The notes beneath the pieces were generated by a model. The model was not told the DNA's origin. It did no database searches and worked only from the letters and a program-made list of their open reading frames with translations. DNA of 53,705 nt from a virus (lineage: Duplodnaviria; Heunggongvirae; Uroviricota; Caudoviricetes): IMG/VR virus record IMGVR_UViG_3300037466_000352; one strand, 5' to 3'. Below, one piece after another: positions 1-9,678 of this stretch. The position numbers and the translations under genes were made by a program. Position 1 is the stretch's first letter. Each line of letters begins with the position of its first letter.

Positions 1-539
1 CGTCCGATGCCGCGCGCAATTTGTGACATCGGACCTTGTGAAAGACCATGTTCTTTACAGAATGTGTTCAAGTTTTGAACAGTTTCGACCTTACCACACG
101 GAAACGTTATCTTCCACCAACGCGCGTTAGCTCGGCGGTTGTTCTCGTTGTGTTCGGTGGTTCGCTTCTTTCCAAGCTTGGCTTGGCGCATCTTCTCTTT
201 CGTTTCTTCCGAAAGAGTACGACCAAGATTGCCACGACCGCCGCCATTAGCCATGTTGTAGCCTTTGTTGATCGAATCGTACTGGTCGATGAAGAACTGT
301 TCCATGACGCCTAGCGTATGGTCTTTATCGAGCGATTGATAGATCACTTCGAACCTGAACTTGTCCTCACCAAATTGATTCATCATGCGATGGATCAAAC
401 AGTAGTTCTTCTCCGGCCCTTTCGCTGCTATGGCCTTGTGTTGTGACCAACGATAGGTAGGCGTCTGCTTCGATGTGAAGCCAATGTAGACCTTCTTGTT
501 GACAGTGTTGGCGATCTTGTAGATCGAGTAGACCTTCAT
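1..539 (-). CDS. GIY-YIG homing endonuclease (Seg-like) with NUMOD3-like motif, runs off the window edge
   Basis: Hand translation from ATG 539: MKVYSIYKIANTVNKKVYIGFT...EQFFIDQYDSINKGYNMANGG...GRTLSEETKEKMRQAKLGKK; GGAG RBS; missing from the ORF track because no stop lies in the window. Confidence 0.88.
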   Translation of the reverse strand, partial: MKVYSIYKIANTVNKKVYIGFTSKQTPTYRWSQHKAIAAKGPEKNYCLIHRMMNQFGEDKFRFEVIYQSLDKDHTLGVMEQFFIDQYDSINKGYNMANGGGRGNLGRTLSEETKEKMRQAKLGKKRTTEHNENNRRANARWWKITFPCGKVETVQNLNTFCKEHGLSQGPMSQIARGIG

Positions 540-571
540 TGCTTTGCACTCCAAATAAATTGCACATGGAA

Positions 572-578
572 TATTTAG
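572..578 (-). promoter_or_regulatory. late-promoter-like CTAAATA upstream of the GIY-YIG gene
   Basis: Matches the TAAATA core of the T4 gp55 late promoter. Confidence 0.45.
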
Positions 579-627
579 CAAATTCAGGTCTTTCAGATAC
601 CTAACAGATTCTCAAAAGCGCCGAAAT

Positions 628-635
628 CATAAATA
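628..635 (+). promoter_or_regulatory. T4-type late promoter (CATAAATA)
   Basis: TAAATA core upstream of gp18; the same core precedes other structural genes. Confidence 0.7.
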
Positions 636-698
636 GAAGGTTGAAACAGAATTACGAAGGACGTAGATGCGTCCTTTTCCTTTTACGGAGAATCAAAT

Positions 699-2585
699 AT
701 GTTTATGCTCTCACCCGGCGTGAATGTTCAGGAATACGATGCTACCAACATCGTTCCGGCAGTCGCTACTACGGCTGGCGGCTTCGCTGGGACATTCCAG
801 TGGGGTCCGGTTGAACAAGTCACGACTGTGGACAGTGAAACGACCCTGGCAAAAGTGTTCAAGGGTCCGAATGACGATACTGCGGTTTCGTTCTTCACGG
901 CTGCAAACTTCCTTGCATACGGCAACAACCTTCAAGTTGTGCGTGTGGCTGGCGCGACTGCGGTCAATGCGGTTGCATCCGGTACACCTGTCCTCATCAA
1001 AAACTCAGATTCATATCAAGCAAACTATTCGAGCGGTCAAGGCGCTGTTGGCATCGCTGCTGCAAAGTATCCTGGTGTACTCGGTAACACACTGAAGGTG
1101 TCGATTGCCAATGCTGCTGCATACTCGCAAACTCTGAACGGCACGGTCACGACTACGGCGAATAGCGCGGCAGTCACGGGCGTCAGCACTACGTTTGACA
1201 CACAAGTGGTTCCTGGTACGTTCCTGTACACCACGGACGGCAAGCTGATCGGCCAAGTTGCTTCAGTGACATCGGCTACGGCGCTCGTTCTGAAATCACC
1301 GGCTGCACAAGTTGTGACTGGTGTGAACGTTCGTGCAGATTGGGAATTCAAGTCAAGCTTTTCGGGCGCACCGAATACGTCGGATTGGGTGAAGAATCTG
1401 TCTGGCCTGAACGATGAAGTTCACGTTGTCGTGGTTGACGTGAAGGGTGTCTTCACTGGCACACCGAACACGGTCCTCGAAACGTATCCATACGCATCGG
1501 TTGCAAATGACGCGAAGAAGGACGATGGTTCAACCAACTACTACAAGGCGCTCCTGAACGGTTCGTCGCAGTATGTATGGTGGATGGGTCATCCGACTGC
1601 GGGCACCAATTGGGGTCAACCATCGGCAGGTAACTCGTTCGCGCAACTCACGAAGCCGGAAACAGCACAACTGATCGGTGGTCTGTCTGATGACACGCTG
1701 ACCGACGCAATGGCTATCACTGGCTACACGATGTTCCAGAACGGCGAAGTAGTTGACGTGTCGTTGATTCCGCTCGGTGGTGCATCGTTGACGGTCGCTC
1801 AGTTCGTGATCCAAGACGTAGCTGAAGCACGTAAAGATTGTGTGGCATTCGTGTCACCACAACTCGCGTCTGTCGTGAACAACGTGGGTTTCGAAGCATC
1901 AAGCATCATCAACGACCGCAACACACTAAACGTTGCCTCTTCGTATGGTGTGATGGACACCGGCTGGAAGTATCAGTACGACCGTTATAACGACGTGTAC
2001 CGCTGGATTCCGCTGAACGGTGACATCGCTGGCCTGTGCGCACGTACTGACCAAACGAACGATCCGTGGTGGTCGCCTGCGGGCTTCAACCGTGGTCAGA
2101 TCAAGAACGTCATCAAGCTTGCATACAGCCCGAATCAGACAGATCGTGATCTGTTGTATCCGGTGGGTATCAACCCGGTGGTCACGTTCAAGGGCGAAGG
2201 AACGATCCTGTTCGGTGACAAGACGCTTCTCGCGAAGCCGTCGTCATTCGACCGTATCAATGTCCGTCGTCTGTTCATCGTGCTTGAAAAGGCGATTGCA
2301 ACGGCTTCGAAGTATCAACTCTTCGAATTCAACGATGCGTTCACGCGTGCGCAGTTCCGTTCGTTCGTCGAACCGTTCCTGCGTGATGTGACCGGTCGTC
2401 GCGGCATCCAAGACTTCTTGGTGGTGTGTGACGATTCGAACAACACGCCTGAAGTGATCGATGGCAACCGCTTCCGCGCTTCGATCTACATCAAGCCTGC
2501 ACGCAGCATCAACTTTATCGAACTGCAATTCATTAGCACGCCTACTGGTGCGCAGTTCTCCGAAGTGGTCGGCATCGCTGGCTAA
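699..2585 (+). CDS. gp18: tail sheath protein
   Basis: LSPGVNVQEYD N-terminus, WWSPAGFNRGQI, GDKT and RINVRRLFI motifs. Confidence 0.97.
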   Translation: MFMLSPGVNVQEYDATNIVPAVATTAGGFAGTFQWGPVEQVTTVDSETTLAKVFKGPNDDTAVSFFTAANFLAYGNNLQVVRVAGATAVNAVASGTPVLIKNSDSYQANYSSGQGAVGIAAAKYPGVLGNTLKVSIANAAAYSQTLNGTVTTTANSAAVTGVSTTFDTQVVPGTFLYTTDGKLIGQVASVTSATALVLKSPAAQVVTGVNVRADWEFKSSFSGAPNTSDWVKNLSGLNDEVHVVVVDVKGVFTGTPNTVLETYPYASVANDAKKDDGSTNYYKALLNGSSQYVWWMGHPTAGTNWGQPSAGNSFAQLTKPETAQLIGGLSDDTLTDAMAITGYTMFQNGEVVDVSLIPLGGASLTVAQFVIQDVAEARKDCVAFVSPQLASVVNNVGFEASSIINDRNTLNVASSYGVMDTGWKYQYDRYNDVYRWIPLNGDIAGLCARTDQTNDPWWSPAGFNRGQIKNVIKLAYSPNQTDRDLLYPVGINPVVTFKGEGTILFGDKTLLAKPSSFDRINVRRLFIVLEKAIATASKYQLFEFNDAFTRAQFRSFVEPFLRDVTGRRGIQDFLVVCDDSNNTPEVIDGNRFRASIYIKPARSINFIELQFISTPTGAQFSEVVGIAG

Positions 2586-2634
2586 TCTGGTGATCTGAGA
2601 GGACGGGGACTTTGATCCCCGTTCTGCGTTTGCA

Positions 2635-2642
2635 CCTAAATA
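2635..2642 (+). promoter_or_regulatory. late promoter (CCTAAATA)
   Basis: TAAATA core upstream of gp19, after a GC hairpin at ~2602-2624. Confidence 0.65.
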
Positions 2643-2669
2643 TTCAAAACCCTATTCGGAGTACGATAA

Positions 2670-3239
2670 ATGGCTGATACAGTCTACTTCAACGTGGACC
2701 AGTTCAAGGCACAACTGGCTGGTGGCGGCGCTCGTCCGAACCAGTTCTTCGTGCAACTCACTTTCCCGTCTTCGGTCACTCTTGGCGCACTGGCTATCCA
2801 GTCATCGCCATTCTTGGTGACTGCTGCGACGATGCCGGGTTCACACATCGGTGCTGCTGTTGCGATGTACCGTGGTCGTGAAGTCCCTATGGCTGGTGAT
2901 CGTGTGTTCGCACCTTGGACCATCAATGTCCTGAACGACAACAACTTCACGATTCGCAATGCCCTCGAAGATTGGATGAACCAAATGAACGATCTTCAGA
3001 ACGCATCGGGCGAATTGAGTCCTGCTAAGTATCAGGCGGATATGCTTGTTACTCAGTTGAACCGTAACAACCAACCGCTAAAGACGTATCAAATTCGTGG
3101 CGCATTCCCGATTGATGTTTCGGAATCGCAACTGGACTTTGGCGCGAATGACCAAATCTCGCAGTTCAACGTGACGTTCCGTTACCAAGACTACAAGACG
3201 ACATTCACGCCGCTGGCAGGCATCATCTCTGGTGGTTAA
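2670..3239 (+). CDS. gp19: tail tube protein
   Basis: GGGARPNQF, AGDRVFAPWTINVLND, AFPIDVS motifs; follows sheath. Confidence 0.96.
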   Translation: MADTVYFNVDQFKAQLAGGGARPNQFFVQLTFPSSVTLGALAIQSSPFLVTAATMPGSHIGAAVAMYRGREVPMAGDRVFAPWTINVLNDNNFTIRNALEDWMNQMNDLQNASGELSPAKYQADMLVTQLNRNNQPLKTYQIRGAFPIDVSESQLDFGANDQISQFNVTFRYQDYKTTFTPLAGIISGG

Positions 3240-3241
3240 TA

Positions 3242-4936
3242 ATGCAAATCTTCGGTTTCTCTATCGGCGGTAAAGGAAAGAAGCTCGCTCAAGAAGTAGA
3301 ACAGCGTCTTCCTTCTTTTGCTGCACCTGTTGACGATGACGGCGCATCTACCGTATCCAATGCGGTCGGTCACTTCGGTACGTTCATCGATCTTGACGGG
3401 GCCGCTAGGACGGAATCGGAACTGATTTCTCGGTATCGTGAGACGGCGAAATACCCGGACTGCGATACCGCGATTGAAGAAGTGTGTTCCGAAGCCATCG
3501 CTACCGAAGATGACGAAGAAGTAGTCAAACTCAATCTTGACGATGTTCCCTTGTCGAAGAACATTCGCGGCATCATCGAAGAAGAGTTTGACGAAATCCT
3601 GAATCTACTGGATTTTGATAGTCGGGCACACGATATCTTCCGTCGCTACTACGTCGATGGTCGAGTGTATTACCACAAGCTGTTCGACCCGAAGAATCCG
3701 GGTGCTGGCATTCAGGAACTTCGGTACGTCGATCCCCGCAAGATCAAGAAGGTGCGCGAAGTCGAAAAGAAGAAGGACGAAACGACCGGTGTCGAAATCT
3801 ACACTAAGGTCATTGACTACTTCGTCTATTCAGAGAACGGCTTCTCTCGCAACAACGGCTACACAGCCCCAAACAATACGGCACAGGGCATCAAGATTGC
3901 CCCCGAAGCCATCACCTATGTTACGTCGGGTCTGATCGATCTGGACCGTAACATCGTCCTCGGCCACTTGGACAAGGCTATCAAGCCTACCAACATGCTT
4001 CGTATGGCCGAGGACTCGATGCTGATCTACCGCATGGCCCGTGCGCCAGAACGTCGCGTGTTCTACGTTGACGTTGGCAACTTGCCGAACAACAAGGCGG
4101 AACAGTATCTAAAGAACATCATGAACCGTTTCCGCACGAAGATCGTCTATGACGCTTCGACTGGCGAGATGCAGGACGACCGGAAACACATGTCCATGAT
4201 GGAAGACTTTTGGCTTCCTCGTCGTGAAGGTGGTCAAGGTACGCAAGTCGATACACTCGAAGGTGCGCAAAACCTTGGCGTGGTTGATGATATCAACTAC
4301 TACCAAACGAAACTGTACAACGCACTGAACGTTCCGGTGTCGCGCATGCAAGGCGGCAATCCGTTGAACTTTGGTCGTCAGATGGAAGTCACGCGGGACG
4401 AACTGAAGTTCGCGAAGTTCATCTCTCGTCTGCGCCGCAAGTTCTCTGAAGTCTTCGATGATCTGTTGAAGACACAACTAGTCCTCAAGGGTGTAATCAC
4501 CCCGGAAGATTGGGATGAAGCGATCAAGCCGAAGATCAAGTATGTCTTTGCTTCTGACATCTATTGGGCAGAAGCAAAAGAGATTGAGAACCTTCGTAAT
4601 CGCGTGGAAATCCTCACGGAACTCGATCCATACATCGGTGTGTATTACAGCAAGGAATGGGTTCGCAAGAACGTGCTGAAGCAATCCGATGAAGAGATTG
4701 ATGAAATCGATTCTCAGATCGAAGCAGAACGTGAAGTGATGGCAAGCGACGCAGAATTCGTGGGCCAACTCGCAGCAGCAAAAGAAATGCCAACCATGCA
4801 GGCACAAGCAGATGTTCAGACTGACCAACAGATGAACATGATGAATGCACAAGCCAAGACAGACATGGCAATGCAAAAGCAAGCGGCTGCACTCGCTTCA
4901 AGCCAACCGGCTAAGAAGAAACCCTCGAAGAAATAA
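3242..4936 (+). CDS. gp20: portal protein
   Basis: IYRMARAPERRVFYVDVGNLP, MEDFWLPRREGG, RDELKFAKFI motifs. Confidence 0.97.
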   Translation: MQIFGFSIGGKGKKLAQEVEQRLPSFAAPVDDDGASTVSNAVGHFGTFIDLDGAARTESELISRYRETAKYPDCDTAIEEVCSEAIATEDDEEVVKLNLDDVPLSKNIRGIIEEEFDEILNLLDFDSRAHDIFRRYYVDGRVYYHKLFDPKNPGAGIQELRYVDPRKIKKVREVEKKKDETTGVEIYTKVIDYFVYSENGFSRNNGYTAPNNTAQGIKIAPEAITYVTSGLIDLDRNIVLGHLDKAIKPTNMLRMAEDSMLIYRMARAPERRVFYVDVGNLPNNKAEQYLKNIMNRFRTKIVYDASTGEMQDDRKHMSMMEDFWLPRREGGQGTQVDTLEGAQNLGVVDDINYYQTKLYNALNVPVSRMQGGNPLNFGRQMEVTRDELKFAKFISRLRRKFSEVFDDLLKTQLVLKGVITPEDWDEAIKPKIKYVFASDIYWAEAKEIENLRNRVEILTELDPYIGVYYSKEWVRKNVLKQSDEEIDEIDSQIEAEREVMASDAEFVGQLAAAKEMPTMQAQADVQTDQQMNMMNAQAKTDMAMQKQAAALASSQPAKKKPSKK

Positions 4937-4942
4937 CCGTCA

Positions 4943-4972
4943 TCCCGATCAGGGTAAATATTCTGATCGGGA
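4943..4972 (+). promoter_or_regulatory. late promoter GGTAAATA enclosed in a 10-bp inverted repeat
   Basis: TCCCGATCAG-ggtaaatatt-CTGATCGGGA. Confidence 0.6.
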
Positions 4973-4991
4973 ATAACCTCAAGGTTTAAAC

Positions 4992-5312
4992 ATGGAAGAC
5001 ATCAAGAAAGGCGCGTTCCACGCGTGGCTTGGTAAGCCAGAAAGTGAACCCATCACTCAAGCTGACATCGATAAGGGTCTGGCATCGGATGATGAACACG
5101 TTCGCAAGATGGCGCAGTTCGCCAAGAACGAAGAACACTGGCAACACGAATCGGTTCAACCTTCGTTCATCGAGCATGTATTCACCAAGGACTACACCAA
5201 GGCAGAAGACGTGTTCAGGAAGGTGATGGCCGAGAAAATGAGTGCTGCACTTGGCGCACGTCGTATCGAACTCGCACAAACCCTCTACTCGCGCGTCCAA
5301 GGGGCTGAATAA
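4992..5312 (+). CDS. prohead core protein, gp67-like
   Basis: Position between gp20 and gp21; C-terminal helical FRKVMAEKMSAALGARRIELAQTLY segment. Confidence 0.6.
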   Translation: MEDIKKGAFHAWLGKPESEPITQADIDKGLASDDEHVRKMAQFAKNEEHWQHESVQPSFIEHVFTKDYTKAEDVFRKVMAEKMSAALGARRIELAQTLYSRVQGAE

Positions 5313-5893
5313 TGAACTTCGCCGAATTCCGTAAGAAGAACGAAGAACAAGCCCCACACACGGCAGAGACTTCACAACCTGCGGATGCGAAGGTCGCGAA
5401 CGGCGAGACTGAGAAGGAACACCAAAACAAAGACCTTCTGAAGATGAAGGGCGACAAGACAGTTTGGATTCCTCGCGGTCCCAAGATTCAAGCACCCGGT
5501 CTATCCGATGATGCAGTGACCGAAGCGAAATCGCATCACAAGGTCAAGATTCACTTCGGTAATGGCAAGACGGAAGAACGTCTTGTCGATGATGACGAAC
5601 TTGGTGTCATCAAGCGCAATCAACGAGTGACGAAAGTCGTTCATCTTGGTCGTTCAAAGGCCAATGGCAAACTGATCGAATACGTTCTCGAAGAAGCGAA
5701 TGCCGAAGTCGTATTCAAACACAAGGATGGTCGCAAGGCGATCATCAATAGCTACAAGTATGCCGATCCTTCTCTTGGTGTGGATCATTACGTCCATATC
5801 CAGAACTCTCGGGCCACAGTGTATCCGGGTGACGAAGGTTTGAACAAGGCACACAAGCTGTTGAAGAAACTTGGTTTCCAAAAGGCTGAATAA
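5312..5893 (+). CDS. prohead core/internal head protein (gp68-like position)
   Basis: Synteny; MNFAEFRKKNE leader and internal VTE/A, LEE/A candidate gp21 cleavage sites. Confidence 0.45.
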   Translation: MNFAEFRKKNEEQAPHTAETSQPADAKVANGETEKEHQNKDLLKMKGDKTVWIPRGPKIQAPGLSDDAVTEAKSHHKVKIHFGNGKTEERLVDDDELGVIKRNQRVTKVVHLGRSKANGKLIEYVLEEANAEVVFKHKDGRKAIINSYKYADPSLGVDHYVHIQNSRATVYPGDEGLNKAHKLLKKLGFQKAE

Positions 5894-5895
5894 CA

Positions 5896-6282
5896 ATGAC
5901 AGCAATCGTTCAAACAGTTCTAAAGAACACGCACACCGAAACCGTGGTGAAGATCACGGGTACTGGTAGTGCGTCGATCCCATTGGCATCACTTGCCTTT
6001 GGTGACGAAACATACGATGCGACGAAGGCGGCGGTGACGATCCGCAAGGCATACATCTATGCACCGCCAACACAAGAAACGACTGTCACTCGCAATGCAG
6101 TAAGCGTGCTTCAGATTTACGGCACGGCTACGGTGTTCGACGAATCGTTCACGGTAAGCGATCAAGCAAACCAAGACATCTCAGTGACTACGGCTGGTGA
6201 TGGTACGGTGATTCTGGTTCTTCGCAAGGCCGGTGGATTCGACTATCCGTATCGCGCTGACAACCTGACACAAGGTGCGTAA
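5896..6282 (+). CDS. hypothetical head-module protein
   Basis: Coupled ORF directly upstream of gp21. Confidence 0.55.
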   Translation: MTAIVQTVLKNTHTETVVKITGTGSASIPLASLAFGDETYDATKAAVTIRKAYIYAPPTQETTVTRNAVSVLQIYGTATVFDESFTVSDQANQDISVTTAGDGTVILVLRKAGGFDYPYRADNLTQGA

Positions 6283-6935
6283 TGAAGCTGATTACTGAAC
6301 TCTATGACGAAGTTGAACTGCTTACCGAAGGCACTGGCGATAAGAAGGACCTCTACATCGTCGGTAAATTCGCGCAGTCGAACATCGTCAACCGCAACAA
6401 ACGGAACTATCCGAAGCCACACATGGAATCTGCGATTGCGAAGTACGTAGATCAGTATGTGACAAAGAATCGTGCTCTCGGTGAACTGAATCACCCACAA
6501 CGTATGGGTGTTGATCCCGAACGTGCCTGCATGCTAATCAAAGAATTGACATGGGAAGGTAATGACGTTATCGGTAAGGCGAAAATCCTTACTGAAGGCG
6601 TCGGTAAAGTCGTTCGTGGTCTTATTCTTGATGGGGTAAATATCGGTGTCTCCACACGTGGTGGTGCTTCTGTTTCACTGCGTGAAGGTGTCACTTATGT
6701 TGGTCCTGACTTGACGTTCACCGCTATCGATGTTGTTACCGATCCGAGTGGTCCTGACTGCTTTGTGAACGGCATCATGGAAGGTGTTGAGTGGATTTGC
6801 GAATCTGGTGTCTGGCGAATGGAAAAGATCGAACAGGCACGAGAAATCATCAAAGACACACCTAGCGCAAAGCTCCCACAGATGACTATCGACATTTGGG
6901 AAAGCTTCTGCGGAAAGCTTCAGAACCTCAAGTAA
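6282..6935 (+). CDS. gp21: prohead protease
   Basis: MKLITE start, NRNKRNYP, ALGELNHP, GVSTRG, DVVTDPS motifs. Confidence 0.96.
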   Translation: MKLITELYDEVELLTEGTGDKKDLYIVGKFAQSNIVNRNKRNYPKPHMESAIAKYVDQYVTKNRALGELNHPQRMGVDPERACMLIKELTWEGNDVIGKAKILTEGVGKVVRGLILDGVNIGVSTRGGASVSLREGVTYVGPDLTFTAIDVVTDPSGPDCFVNGIMEGVEWICESGVWRMEKIEQAREIIKDTPSAKLPQMTIDIWESFCGKLQNLK

Positions 6936-6953
6936 TCTCAAAACTTTGCTTTT

Positions 6954-6961
6954 ACTAAATA
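6954..6961 (+). promoter_or_regulatory. late promoter (ACTAAATA)
   Basis: Upstream of gp22. Confidence 0.7.
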
Positions 6962-7000
6962 TATTTCGTACACGGTAAAAGCATACCACAAGGATACACA

Positions 7001-7981
7001 ATGTCACTGGAACAAAAGATCACAACGCTGCTTGCGGAACGCGCGACGCTTCCGATCAGCAACATGGACAACGGTGATCGCACCGAAGTCGATCAAGGTA
7101 GTTCGGGCAAGCCTGAAGTCACGGAACTAGACAAGGACAACTCGGGCGCTTCTGCTGCTGCACCGATTGCACCGGCTGAAGCTGCAAAGACGATTGGCAT
7201 GAAGGGCGACGCTGCTTCAGTCAAGACGCAAGCACAAGAAGCAACGAAGGAAACTCTCGCTGCTGATGTTGCTGCGATCTTCGAAGGTCAAACTGGTCTT
7301 GCAGAAGGTTTCGTCGAGAAGGCTACGTCGTTGTTTGAAGCTGCTGTTGTTGCCCGTACGACTGTCGAAGTCGAGAAGGCACGTGAAGCGCTGACAGAAC
7401 AAGCGAAGACGGAACTCGAAGCTGCTAAAGCGAAGCTTGCCGAAGATGTCGATGCCTACATGTCGTACGTTGTCGAATCGTGGCTGAAGGAAAACAAGAT
7501 CGCGGTTGACGCTGGTCTTCGTACCGAAATCGCAGAATCGTTCATCAACGGTCTGAAAGACCTGTTCGTTGAAAACTATATCGAAGTGCCGGAAGACAAG
7601 GTGAATGTGGTCGAAAGCCTGTCAACGGACCTCGAAGCAACCAAATCGCGTCTGAATGAAGAAATCGAGAAGTCGATTGCTCTGTCAGACAAGATCGTTG
7701 AACTCGAAAAGTCTGCTGTTCTCGAATCAGCGGCAAAGGGTTTGGCTGCAACAGACGCAGAACGTCTGGCGAAGCTGACCGAAGGTGTCGAGTTTGACAG
7801 CAAAGAATCTTTCGCTGAGAAGGTCGCAGTCATTAAAGAAGCACACTTCAAGACTGCACCGAAGAAGTCGGCAGAAAAGATTTTGGCAGAGCAAACCGAT
7901 GGTTCACAGCTTGACACACAAGTGGTCACGCCGTCGATCCAACGCTACGTGAGCGCTCTCAAAGGTAACACCCGGTTCTAA
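7001..7981 (+). CDS. gp22: prohead scaffold/core protein
   Basis: YMSYVVESWLKENKIAVDAGLRTEIAESFINGLKDLFVENYIEVPEDK motif. Confidence 0.95.
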   Translation: MSLEQKITTLLAERATLPISNMDNGDRTEVDQGSSGKPEVTELDKDNSGASAAAPIAPAEAAKTIGMKGDAASVKTQAQEATKETLAADVAAIFEGQTGLAEGFVEKATSLFEAAVVARTTVEVEKAREALTEQAKTELEAAKAKLAEDVDAYMSYVVESWLKENKIAVDAGLRTEIAESFINGLKDLFVENYIEVPEDKVNVVESLSTDLEATKSRLNEEIEKSIALSDKIVELEKSAVLESAAKGLAATDAERLAKLTEGVEFDSKESFAEKVAVIKEAHFKTAPKKSAEKILAEQTDGSQLDTQVVTPSIQRYVSALKGNTRF

Positions 7982-8004
7982 AGTGTTCTGAAAATCTCAG
8001 AAAT

Positions 8005-8012
8005 ACTAAATA
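8005..8012 (+). promoter_or_regulatory. late promoter (ACTAAATA)
   Basis: Upstream of gp23. Confidence 0.7.
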
Positions 8013-8048
8013 ACTAGGTAAAAGCAAAATTTCCTCTTAGGGGTATCA

Positions 8049-9377
8049 ATGTTTAACATCACTGAATCAATCGGCGCGAAGTGGGCACCCGTTCTCGATG
8101 CTGAAGGCGTGGCACCGATCCGTGACGCACACAAGCGTGCGGTCGTGACGAAGCTGCTTGAAAACCAAGAACAAGAAATGATTAAAGAGCGTAAGGCGCT
8201 CTTTGAAGATGCACCGACGAACAACATCGGCGCTGGTTCGGATCAGAACGGTATCGCTAAGTTCGACCCGATCCTCATCTCGCTGGTTCGCCGTGCAATG
8301 CCGCAACTGATTGCGTACGACGTTTGTGGCGTGCAGCCGATGTCCGGTCCTACGGGCCTGATCTTCGCAATGCGTTCGAACTTCGGTACGGATCGCAACA
8401 TGGCAACGCGTACTGAAGCGTTCATCAACGGTGGTAACAGCGCGTTCTCGGGTACGGGTACGGATGCTGGTACGAACCCGGCAGTGCTGAACGACGCAAC
8501 TCCTGGCACGTACACACGTGGCACGGGTCTGGCGACGGCTTCTGCTGAAGCGTTGGGTACGTCTGGCGGCGGTGTGTTCGAAGAAATGAACTTCACCATC
8601 GAAAAGACGACAGTGACGGCTAAGAGCCGCGCACTGAAGGCTGAGTACACCATCGAACTCGCACAAGACTTGAAGGCAGTTCACGGTCTTGACGCAGAAG
8701 GCGAACTGTCGAACATCCTTTCGCACGAAATCATGTTCGAACTTAACCGCGAAGTCATCCGCACGATCTACCAAGTTGCAAAGCCGGGTAGCCTGACGAC
8801 GACGACTCCGGGCACGTTTGACCTTGACGTTGACTCGAATGGCCGTTGGTCAGTCGAACGCTTCAAGGGTCTGGTGTTCCAGATCGAACGCGATGCAAAC
8901 GTGATCGCGCAAGACACCCGTCGCGGTAAGGGTAACTTCATCATCTGCTCGGCAGACGTGGCATCGGCACTGGCTATGGCTGGTATGCTCGATACGGGTC
9001 GCGCTCTGCAAGGTGGTGACGCCCTGCAAGTTGACGACACAGGCAATACCTTCGCGGGTATCCTGAACGGCAAGTACAAGGTCTTCATCGATCCGTACTC
9101 GGCGAACCTCGGCGCGGCAGAACAGTTCTATGTGGTTGGCTACAAGGGCCAATCAGCATACGATGCTGGCCTCTTCTACGCACCGTACGTGCCGCTGCAA
9201 ATGCTGCGTGCTGTCGATCCGCAAAGCTTCCAACCGAAGATTGCGTTCAAGACGCGTTACGGCATGATCGCGAACCCGTTCGTTACGGGCACCGATGGTC
9301 GCACACCGGATGCGGACACCTTCACGGCGAACCGCAACCAGTACTACCGTCGCAGCCGCGTTCTGAACCTGCTGTAA
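8049..9377 (+). CDS. gp23: major capsid protein
   Basis: LVRRAMPQLIAYDVCGVQPMSGPTGLIFAMR, SRALKAEY, GLFYAPYVPL motifs. Confidence 0.98.
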   Translation: MFNITESIGAKWAPVLDAEGVAPIRDAHKRAVVTKLLENQEQEMIKERKALFEDAPTNNIGAGSDQNGIAKFDPILISLVRRAMPQLIAYDVCGVQPMSGPTGLIFAMRSNFGTDRNMATRTEAFINGGNSAFSGTGTDAGTNPAVLNDATPGTYTRGTGLATASAEALGTSGGGVFEEMNFTIEKTTVTAKSRALKAEYTIELAQDLKAVHGLDAEGELSNILSHEIMFELNREVIRTIYQVAKPGSLTTTTPGTFDLDVDSNGRWSVERFKGLVFQIERDANVIAQDTRRGKGNFIICSADVASALAMAGMLDTGRALQGGDALQVDDTGNTFAGILNGKYKVFIDPYSANLGAAEQFYVVGYKGQSAYDAGLFYAPYVPLQMLRAVDPQSFQPKIAFKTRYGMIANPFVTGTDGRTPDADTFTANRNQYYRRSRVLNLL

Positions 9378-9426
9378 TCAGAAACGCAAAGGGGACCGTC
9401 TGGTCCCCAGCGAAAACAAGTAAAAC

Positions 9427-9457
9427 AAAAATTGACCCGCTTCGTGCGGGTCTTTTT
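9427..9457. terminator. bidirectional intrinsic terminator after gp23
   Basis: AAAAATT-GACCCGC-ttcgt-GCGGGTC-TTTTT; a second hairpin GGGGACC/GGTCCCC at 9391-9408. Confidence 0.8.
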
Positions 9458-9555
9458 CATTTCAGGAAGTGACCGAAGACAATCCCAAGTCCGAACGATG
9501 CGCCAACCATCGACCAGATCACAGCCATTCTGATCTGCGCCTTTCTCTTATTCAT
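9457..9555 (-). CDS. 32-aa single-TM membrane peptide
   Basis: MNKRKAQIRMAVIWSMVGASFGLGIVFGHFLK; GAGG RBS; overlaps the stop of the upstream small ORF. Confidence 0.55.
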   Translation of the reverse strand: MNKRKAQIRMAVIWSMVGASFGLGIVFGHFLK

Positions 9556-9655
9556 CAAGAAATTCCTCAAGAGATGCGCCGCGTAGCAGTAGGCACACGG
9601 ACGCCGCTAACAAAAGGGTCAGCACCGCGCCGCCCGCCACGATCAAACCTACCAT
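9548..9655 (-). CDS. 35-aa single-TM membrane peptide
   Basis: MVGLIVAGGAVLTLLLAASVCLLLRGASLEEFLDE; AGGGA RBS; TTGACG-N18-TATTAT upstream (9705-9676). Confidence 0.55.
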   Translation of the reverse strand: MVGLIVAGGAVLTLLLAASVCLLLRGASLEEFLDE

Positions 9656-9670
9656 ATTCTTTCCCTGATG

Positions 9671-9678
9671 TGTAAATA
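9671..9678 (+). promoter_or_regulatory. late promoter (TGTAAATA)
   Basis: Upstream of gp3. Confidence 0.6.

Noticed and set aside
48-567. ORF-track entries 48..314 (+) and 367..567 (-)
   Set aside because: Out-of-frame or antisense shadows of the GIY-YIG gene at 1..539 (-).
9469-9675. 68-aa + strand ORF
   Set aside because: No RBS or recognisable features; the two minus-strand peptides have promoter, RBSs and terminator support.
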